Part shown: piece after piece, positions 57,729-64,000 of the stretch
Position numbering within the stretch: position 1 is the stretch's first letter
Layout: each line of letters begins with the position of its first letter
Assembly (NCBI GenBank): GCA_002313635.1
Contig: DCBY01000012.1
Span: 7,859-71,858, forward strand
Origin: Fusobacteriia bacterium UBA1095
GTDB lineage: Bacteria; Fusobacteriota; Fusobacteriia; Bac17; UBA816
Direction of reading: 5' to 3'
DNA: 64,000 nt
Translations under genes and position numbers: made by a program
Notes under the pieces: model-generated
What the model saw: the letters and a program-made list of their open reading frames with translations, nothing else
Database searches by the model: none
What the model was told of the DNA's origin: nothing

Positions 57729-59062
57729 TTTAATATATTCTGCCTTATTTGATCTATCTCAAATTTGAGTGATTTATCAAATGCTACTTCTGAATCTATC
57801 TTATTAACACTGTGCATAACAGTCGTGTGATCTCTTCCACCAAAAGAGTCTCCTATAGATGAGAAAGGTAAATTTAACATGTCCCTTAAAAGGTACATAG
57901 ATATTTGCCTCGCTTTTGCTATCTCTTTTTTTCTTTTGTTTGACTCAATATCCGATATAGGCACACCAAAGAATTCTGACACAGTTTTTATTATTTTACC
58001 TTTGTTTATTTTTTTGGCTCTGTCTTCCATAAAGCCTTTAAAAACTTCTTTTATCATATCAAAGTCTACGTCTCTACCTAGAAGGGAGGCTTTTGCTACA
58101 ACCCTATTTAAAGAGCCTTCTAATTCTCTTATGTTTGATTTGATAGCTTCAGCAATATAGTTTATTGCATCTTCTGGGATGGTTATCCCCTCTGCCTCCG
58201 CCTTATTTTTCAAAATGGCTACTCTAGTCTCATAATCAGGCGCTTTGATATCTGCCACTAATCCCCAAGTAAAACGAGAAACCAAACGCTCCTCAATGTT
58301 TTTTATCTCTTGGGGAGGTCTGTCACTAGATACTACTATCTGTCTGGAGTACTGATGAAGAGAATTAAAAGTATGGAAGAACTCTTCTTGTGTACTCTCC
58401 TTCCCAGCTATGAATTGTATGTCATCTATCAGTAGTGCATCTAATTTTCTATACTTCTCCCTGAACTGTGCCATTCTGTCCTTTTTTAGAGAGTTTATAA
58501 GATCATTGGTAAATTGCTCCGATGAACAGTAATAAACTTTTGCCTCTGGATTTTGAGAAGTTATGTAGTTACCTATTGAGTGCATAAGGTGAGTTTTTCC
58601 TAGTCCTACCCCTCCATATATGAAAAGCGGATTGTAGACCTTACCAGGGGATATTGCAACTGCTCTGGAAGCAGCATGTGCAAACTCATTACTCTTTCCA
58701 ACAATAAAATTTGAAAAGTTATATTTAGAGTCGGGTAGGTTATTCTTTTTAGTGTTGGCATTGAAACCTCTCTCTCTTGTTTCAACTAACCTCTCCTCGT
58801 TCAATTTTTTATTTGGGGATACAACTACTTCCACATCTTTGCCATCGCCATCTATGAATAGCTCTCTTATACTCTCTTTTATTGCATCTCTGTACTCTTT
58901 GTTTATCTTCTCTTTAGTGAACTCATTATCTACAGCTATAACTAATTTGTCATCTTCAAAACTCATAGGGCTAGCTGAAGAGAACCAAGTTTTAAATTCG
59001 CTCTTGCTGAGCTTGAGTTCCAGATTCTTTTTTATACTTTCCCAAGCTCTATTGGCCTGCAT
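57725..59062 (-). CDS. dnaA: Chromosomal replication initiator protein DnaA
   Basis: AAA+ box YNPLFIYGGVGLGKTHLMHSIGN, sensor motifs, and the C-terminal DNA-binding domain (SDIESNKRKKEIAKARQISMYL..). 445 aa. Confidence 0.95.
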   Translation of the reverse strand: MQANRAWESIKKNLELKLSKSEFKTWFSSASPMSFEDDKLVIAVDNEFTKEKINKEYRDAIKESIRELFIDGDGKDVEVVVSPNKKLNEERLVETRERGFNANTKKNNLPDSKYNFSNFIVGKSNEFAHAASRAVAISPGKVYNPLFIYGGVGLGKTHLMHSIGNYITSQNPEAKVYYCSSEQFTNDLINSLKKDRMAQFREKYRKLDALLIDDIQFIAGKESTQEEFFHTFNSLHQYSRQIVVSSDRPPQEIKNIEERLVSRFTWGLVADIKAPDYETRVAILKNKAEAEGITIPEDAINYIAEAIKSNIRELEGSLNRVVAKASLLGRDVDFDMIKEVFKGFMEDRAKKINKGKIIKTVSEFFGVPISDIESNKRKKEIAKARQISMYLLRDMLNLPFSSIGDSFGGRDHTTVMHSVNKIDSEVAFDKSLKFEIDQIRQNILK

Positions 59063-59495
59063 TCTTCCTCCTAAATTTTAAGAAGATTATATCATCTAAT
59101 TCTTAATAAATTTAGTGTTTTTTAACAAATTACCTCTCAAACTTTGTTTTTGTTAACTTATCTTCATTTTCCACTTTTTAACATTGTTTTCAACATATTG
59201 TTTTTATTCACTTTAACTTTTTTCAAAAATTTTAAAGCTAGAATTTATCTTCCTTTCTAAGTACATTACTTTATGTTGAAAATTGTGTTGAAAACTTTTT
59301 ATTAAAATTCTGTTTTTTAGTTTTCTCCATCTTTTCATATAATTTTAAACGTTATTTTTAACATACTTTTTAACAATTGAAATTCAGTATTAATAGAGTA
59401 TAGCGTACTGTTTCAACAAATTAACATCCCCTAATACTATAACTACTTAACATTTTAGTAGTTAAGAGTCTCTTAATAGGGATTGTTTAAAACTT
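59063..59495. promoter_or_regulatory. Candidate oriC / divergent dnaA-rpmH control region with four copies of a DnaA-box-like 9-mer TTTTCAACA/TGTTGAAAA
   Basis: Very AT-rich 433-bp spacer. The 9-mers lie at about 59187-59195 and 59410-59418 (forward) and 59274-59282 and 59287-59295 (inverted). Additional TTTTCCACT and TTATCTTCA variants are present. Confidence 0.5.
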
Positions 59496-59501
59496 TTGTA
59501 T

Positions 59502-59530
59502 TTGACAGTATCCGCTAAATTTTGTAGAAT
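59502..59530 (+). promoter_or_regulatory. Consensus sigma70 promoter for rpmH-rnpA-yidC: TTGACA, 17-nt spacer, TAGAAT
   Basis: tttgacagtatccgctaaattttgtagaat lies ~50 nt upstream of the rpmH TTG start. Confidence 0.7.
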
Positions 59531-59579
59531 TTCTAGAGTAGAAAAACCAAAAAATAAAATTGAGAGATTAGGTGAGAAA

Positions 59580-59711
59580 TTGAAACGAACTTATCAACCC
59601 AACAAATCGAAGAGAAAGAAAAATCACGGATTTAGAGCTAGAACTAGAAAGAGTTCGGGCAGTGTTTTGAAAAGCAGAAGAGCCAAAGGTAGAAAAGTTT
59701 TGTCAGCTTGA
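59580..59711 (+). CDS. rpmH: 50S ribosomal protein L34 (TTG start)
   Basis: (M)[42 protein letters not shown] is canonical L34. The longer ORF in the supplied track is a 5' over-extension. RBS AGGTGA. Confidence 0.9.
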   Translation: MKRTYQPNKSKRKKNHGFRARTRKSSGSVLKSRRAKGRKVLSA

Positions 59712-60013
59712 ATACACTGAAGACTTCTAAAGACTTTTCAAATGTGTTTGATGGAGGTAAAAAATTTATTACAGCGACCTCTATATTCTTTTATTTAAAA
59801 ACTTCTTCAGGTGACGGGAGGTTAGGTATATCCGTGAGTAGAAGAGTGGGAAATGCTGTTCAGAGGAATAAGATCAAGAGAATAGTTAGAAATATCTTTA
59901 GATTCTTTTCCCCGAAAGGTTTTGATGTTGTAGTCTTGTGTAGAAGAGGCGAGGTATTTAACATGTCTACTTTTGCCAGAGACTTTCTAAAATTTTGGAA
60001 GAAGGTGTACTAA
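59708..60013 (+). CDS. rnpA: RNase P protein component
   Basis: Position immediately after rpmH with overlap. Basic 101-aa protein with an RnpA-like motif ([19 protein letters not shown]). Confidence 0.75.
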   Translation: MNTLKTSKDFSNVFDGGKKFITATSIFFYLKTSSGDGRLGISVSRRVGNAVQRNKIKRIVRNIFRFFSPKGFDVVVLCRRGEVFNMSTFARDFLKFWKKVY

Positions 60014-60014
60014 A

Positions 60015-60629
60015 ATGTTCAAAAGTTTTTTTAATTTTGTTTTTCAATCTTTTTTAAATCTATTTATCTTTATAGATGGCTATGTTGGGAATAAGTCTAT
60101 AACTATAATTATAGTAGCCATACTGCTGAGGTTAATTCTTTTTCCTTTCAGTGCTAACTATACTAAATTTACGACTTCAGTTAAAAAATTAGATCCTGAA
60201 ATAAAGAGAATTAGAGAACAAGAAAAAGATTTGGCTAAAGCTGAAATGAAAATTTCTGAAATTTACAAAAGAGAGGGAGTTAGTCCTTTTTCTGGACTTC
60301 TGTATATCGCACTTCAAATATTTTTGATGATTTCCTCTATCTCCGTAATTAGAAGTCAAAGCTTTGTTGGTGCTGATGATCTCCTTTTTGGATTTAAATT
60401 AGTTGAGAGAGATCCATACTACATACTACCTATCATCTCTACGTTGGTATTTTTTGTAAATATGCCTAGGTCAAATCCATCAAAGGGAATTTCTGAATAT
60501 GCCCTAGTTGGAATTATGTTTTTTGTAAATATGAGATGGTCAATTGCCTTGTTGTTATTTTTTACAACTACTTCTGTTGTATCATTAGCTCAAGATTTTT
60601 TAATAAAGAGATTTTCTTTAAACTCTTAA
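60015..60629 (+). CDS. yidC: Membrane protein insertase YidC/Oxa1 family, minimal form (204 aa)
   Basis: The core IIIVAILLRLILFPFS...KKLDPEIKRIREQ...EMKISEIYKREGVSPFSGLLYIALQIFLMISS matches the conserved YidC TM2-loop-TM3 core. There is no large periplasmic domain. Confidence 0.7.
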   Translation: MFKSFFNFVFQSFLNLFIFIDGYVGNKSITIIIVAILLRLILFPFSANYTKFTTSVKKLDPEIKRIREQEKDLAKAEMKISEIYKREGVSPFSGLLYIALQIFLMISSISVIRSQSFVGADDLLFGFKLVERDPYYILPIISTLVFFVNMPRSNPSKGISEYALVGIMFFVNMRWSIALLLFFTTTSVVSLAQDFLIKRFSLNS

Positions 60630-60639
60630 GGAGTACAAA

Positions 60640-61932
60640 TTGGACGATACCATAGTAGGAATATCTTCTTCTGGAGCCATTTCTATATTAAGACTCTCAG
60701 GAAGTAAGAGTTTAGAAATAGTCTCTGAGTTACTCTCTTCTAAAAATAAGTTGAAGGATAGGGAGATATGTTATGGAAAGATTGTTGACAAAGGTGTAGA
60801 GATAGACGAGGTCTTGGTTGCTTTTATGAAATCTCCAAAATCATATACCAAAGAAGATGTTGTCGAGATTTATTGTCATGGTAATAGAATAATAGCTCAA
60901 AAGATAATGAATTCTCTAGTAGATAGGGGTGCTAAGATAGCAGACAGAGGGGAATTTACTAAAAGAGCTTTCCTAAATGGAAGAATAGATTTGACTCAAG
61001 CTGAGTCTGTATATGACCTGATTAATGCCAATTCTGAAAAGAGTATAGAAAATTCATTAAGGAATTTAAATGGATTTTTAAGAAAAAAAGTACAAAAAAT
61101 GAGAGAGGTCATATTAAATTCCTTGGCCAATATAAATGTTGTCTCAGATTACCCTGAAGAGGTAGAGGATGAATTTTTTCATAGAAAAGAGATAGAGAGT
61201 CTCTTAACTGAGATTGACTCTCTAATTTCATCTTACTCTACAGGAAGAATTTTAAGGGAGGGTATAAAAGTTGTTATAGTTGGTAGACCTAATGTAGGTA
61301 AGTCTAGCCTCATGAATAGACTTTTGAAGAGCGATAGAGCAATAGTTAGTGACGTAAAAGGAACTACGAGAGATATTATAGAAGAGAGAATTAGAATAAA
61401 GGATATACCTATAACTATCCTGGATACTGCTGGTATAAGAGATAGCCAAGATAAGGTAGAGAAAATAGGGATAGATCTTTCCAAAAAGAGTATTGAAGAT
61501 GCAGATATCATACTTTTTGTTCTGGATTCTAGTGAAGGTTTTACTGAAGAAGATAGAAAAATAATGGAAATAGTTAAGCATAAAAAATACATTTTAATAA
61601 AAAATAAGAGAGATTTAGCTTACTTAGATCAGATAGATGGTCTGAATTTCTCTGCTACAGAGGATGAGATAGAGATAATAGAAAATAGAATAGAAAAATT
61701 GGCATTAGATTGTGATGTATCACAAGAAGCTATAGTAGATAACTTGAGGCATAAAAATCTCTTTGTCAAAACCAAAAAATCTCTAGAAGAATTTTTGCAA
61801 AGTGATGCTCCACTTGATATAGCTTCTATTCATTTGTCCCAGGCTATAAACAGCTTAGGTGAAATAATAGGAGAGGTCACAACTGAAGACTTGCTTGACA
61901 ACATATTTCAAAATTTTTGTGTAGGAAAATAA
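60640..61932 (+). CDS. mnmE: tRNA modification GTPase MnmE
   Basis: G-domain VVIVGRPNVGKSSLMNRL...DTAGIR...KNKRDL and the C-terminal CVGK motif. 430 aa. Confidence 0.88.
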   Translation: MDDTIVGISSSGAISILRLSGSKSLEIVSELLSSKNKLKDREICYGKIVDKGVEIDEVLVAFMKSPKSYTKEDVVEIYCHGNRIIAQKIMNSLVDRGAKIADRGEFTKRAFLNGRIDLTQAESVYDLINANSEKSIENSLRNLNGFLRKKVQKMREVILNSLANINVVSDYPEEVEDEFFHRKEIESLLTEIDSLISSYSTGRILREGIKVVIVGRPNVGKSSLMNRLLKSDRAIVSDVKGTTRDIIEERIRIKDIPITILDTAGIRDSQDKVEKIGIDLSKKSIEDADIILFVLDSSEGFTEEDRKIMEIVKHKKYILIKNKRDLAYLDQIDGLNFSATEDEIEIIENRIEKLALDCDVSQEAIVDNLRHKNLFVKTKKSLEEFLQSDAPLDIASIHLSQAINSLGEIIGEVTTEDLLDNIFQNFCVGK

Positions 61933-61991
61933 TATAAAAGTACTAAAGAAATTGACCAATAGCACATAAAATTGTTAGAATAACTCTGTGT

Positions 61992-62066
61992 TGGGCTGTA
62001 GCCAAGCGGTAAGGCACGGGACTTTGACTCCCGCATGCGATGGTTCGAATCCATCCAGCCCAGCCA
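61992..62066 (+). tRNA. tRNA-Gln (UUG), CCA encoded
   Basis: Acceptor TGGGCTG/CAGCCCA. Anticodon loop cuUUGac. T-loop GGTTCGAATCC. Confidence 0.8.
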
Positions 62067-62081
62067 TGATTAGGTGTAATT

Positions 62082-63626
62082 ATGTTAATTTTTATTTTCT
62101 TTTTTAGTTTTTTGAATGCATTTTCTGTTTCAAAAGAGCTGAGTAATCTAGATAAGCATCTTGAGTATCTATCGGAGAGAGGTGTTATAGATTCAACACA
62201 TGTTTCCTTTATAAAGAACAACAATTTAACAAAAAAAGATAGCATATTCTATTTTTATAAAGTGCTGAAGGTTGTAGACAGAGATAAAGCTACCAAGGAA
62301 GATTTAGAAGTTTTAGAGAGTATAGTAGCGGATATATCAGAGTATATAAATGAGTTTAAATTAGAATTAGAGAGTAATGACAGTAAGTTTAAATCCTACT
62401 CAAGACAATTCGAAGATACTTTAGATAAAGTAGAAGAGTACGAAAAGACACTTCATGATCTGGAAGAAGAACTTTCAAAATTGAGAGAAGTAGTGGAGAA
62501 AAGCATAGATTATGACAAAAATAACTTAAGGAAATTTTTGAAAAAAGTTGACGTCTCTTTAGGCCTTAAAGGTGCTTTTGGTAAATCTAAACTCTCTTCA
62601 AAGTATGTTTATGAAATAGACCTTAATATGAAAATAGATGGAGATTTTAAGGTCAGAGCCTATAACTCTAATTTTCAATCCTTTACCAGTCTCTACACCT
62701 TTACTTCTACAACTGAGTTAGGTAACCTAAATTTCCATTCTCCTAAATATAAGAAAGCGTTTGTATCTCCTACAAAAGAGATTTTTCTAGAAATATTTGA
62801 CAAATTTGGTCTGGGTTTTTACAATGATTCATTTCAGTCCTATGTACTTTTTCCATCAGAAGGAAGTGATGAAGATATAAACTTCATCTTTAATTTAGAT
62901 ACGTCCATATTAGGTCTGTCACTGCTTGTAGATCCTTTTAGGGTAGATAATAGTATTTTAAGTTATGTTCCTTTTGCTGAATTATCCCTGAATATACCTG
63001 TATCTAGCTCATTTTTCTTTGGACCTGGTTTGGAAAAAGGGAATGACAAATATATGGCTCTATTGTTTTTAGGGTTTGAAGGATATGGCATAGATCTGAA
63101 TTTGAAATACAAGCATGAGCTGCTTGGTGAGAAAGATATGGTTTTAGTCCCAAGATTTGCTTATAGGTTCAATGATAAAAATAAAATAGGTGCCCTCATT
63201 GATTGGTCCCTACTAGAAAAAGAGGATTTTATAAACAGATTTAAGATAGTACTTGACAGTTTTATATCCAGTCATTTTGAAATGAGACTAATTTTTGGTA
63301 TGAAAAAGGAGAATGGCTATTCAGTGAACTTTTTAGCAGGTAGAGTGAATTATAGTAGCGAAGATATCAACTTTTTCTTGGGAGCCTTTTTAAAAGATCT
63401 GAATGAGAGAAAATTGGCTCTAGCAGTAAATGTAGATTTTCCAACTGAATTTTACAAAATTTTTGTAAGGTACATATACAGTAACTTTTTGGAATGCTAT
63501 AAGGATTTAAATTTTGATTTTGAAGGAAATCATGTCTCCACTACCTCTCAGGTTGGGTGCCTAGAGTGCACCGGTTCAAACAGAAATTTTGGAGAACTGT
63601 TTATAGGTTTAGAAATAGATATATGA
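62082..63626 (+). CDS. Hypothetical secreted protein (514 aa): N-terminal coiled-coil then a beta-rich domain
   Basis: Signal peptide MLIFIFFFSFLNAFS. Heptad-rich E/K/L segment at aa 60-150. Beta-strand-like remainder. Confidence 0.5.
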   Translation: MLIFIFFFSFLNAFSVSKELSNLDKHLEYLSERGVIDSTHVSFIKNNNLTKKDSIFYFYKVLKVVDRDKATKEDLEVLESIVADISEYINEFKLELESNDSKFKSYSRQFEDTLDKVEEYEKTLHDLEEELSKLREVVEKSIDYDKNNLRKFLKKVDVSLGLKGAFGKSKLSSKYVYEIDLNMKIDGDFKVRAYNSNFQSFTSLYTFTSTTELGNLNFHSPKYKKAFVSPTKEIFLEIFDKFGLGFYNDSFQSYVLFPSEGSDEDINFIFNLDTSILGLSLLVDPFRVDNSILSYVPFAELSLNIPVSSSFFFGPGLEKGNDKYMALLFLGFEGYGIDLNLKYKHELLGEKDMVLVPRFAYRFNDKNKIGALIDWSLLEKEDFINRFKIVLDSFISSHFEMRLIFGMKKENGYSVNFLAGRVNYSSEDINFFLGAFLKDLNERKLALAVNVDFPTEFYKIFVRYIYSNFLECYKDLNFDFEGNHVSTTSQVGCLECTGSNRNFGELFIGLEIDI

Positions 63627-64000
63627 TAAAGATAGAAAATATAAAAATAAGAGATGAAGAGATATTAAAAGTTCAAGATATGTTTGACAAATCTCTCTCC
63701 TTGGATGGATCTATATGGATGGATCAAAACATATACAAAATAAAAAAAATTAATTTAGACTCTGATTTCTTAGTTATTATTGGAGCAGGAGGCTCTTATC
63801 TGGGTATAGAGGCTGCTATAAATTTCCTGGGAAAGAACGAAAAAGTAATATTTATAGGGAATAATTTTGATGCAGAAGACATTTTAAGAGAACTTTCTAA
63901 AATAAAAGGAAAAAGTATAATTGTCAATGTGATATCAAGATCTTCTAATACTTTAGAGCCAATTCTGTCCTTAAAAATCTTAGAGAAATTTATTGAAGAA
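63623..64000 (+). CDS. pgi: Glucose-6-phosphate isomerase, N-terminal fragment (3' partial at the window edge)
   Basis: DFLVIIGAGGSYLG and NVISRSSNTLEP resemble the PGI SIS-domain motifs (GIGGS.LG, ISKSG.T.E). ATGA overlap with the upstream gene. Confidence 0.5.
   Translation, partial: MIKIENIKIRDEEILKVQDMFDKSLSLDGSIWMDQNIYKIKKINLDSDFLVIIGAGGSYLGIEAAINFLGKNEKVIFIGNNFDAEDILRELSKIKGKSIIVNVISRSSNTLEPILSLKILEKFIEE

Noticed and set aside
59496-59579. Long 71-aa version of rpmH starting at an upstream ATG
   Set aside because: L34 is universally ~44-46 aa and begins MKRT. A TTG preceded by AGGTGA gives the canonical protein. The upstream extension overlaps the promoter.
61943-62245. 100-aa minus-strand ORF covering tRNA-Gln
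   Set aside because: Antisense to a tRNA and to the signal-peptide region of the next gene.

Overview
Low-GC bacterial chromosomal window, roughly 30% GC by eye, TGA is a stop codon, and many products carry spirochaete-style lipoprotein signal peptides. The left ~15 kb is an accessory island built from three paralogous lipoprotein/ankyrin families. Family A is ankyrin lipoproteins sharing a ~230-aa N-terminal domain. Family B is small lipoproteins of 272-290 aa. Family C is degenerate-ankyrin, coiled-coil lipoproteins of ~525 aa. The island also holds a PF09820-like AAA-ATPase/PD-(D/E)XK protein, and the C->B two-gene cassette is duplicated. The remaining ~49 kb is compact housekeeping DNA. 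It contains ligA-gatBAC, surE-ymdB, sodA/rpmB, cdsA-tmk-rseP, topA, xseA, xerD-like, pheS and a host-dependence module (NTT ATP/ADP translocase + FbaB + UhpC-type antiporter). A tRNA cluster follows (Leu-UAA, two initiator tRNAs, one more CAU tRNA), then a transporter/regulator block, an SBP + 7TM sensor kinase, and the replication-origin region. The origin region reads gyrA-gyrB-DUF721-dnaA on the minus strand, diverging from rpmH-rnpA-yidC-mnmE, with no dnaN or recF between dnaA and gyrB. A ~900-bp intergenic region (50182-51093) carries two paralogous promoter+leader units; one has a 20-codon sORF and a bidirectional terminator. I see no CRISPR arrays, transposases or rRNA. Taxon assignment is only an inference: features recall amoeba- or host-associated lineages that use NTT energy parasitism and expand ankyrin proteins (Dependentiae/TM6- or Chlamydiae-like), or a low-GC spirochaete. 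It cannot be confirmed without a database search.
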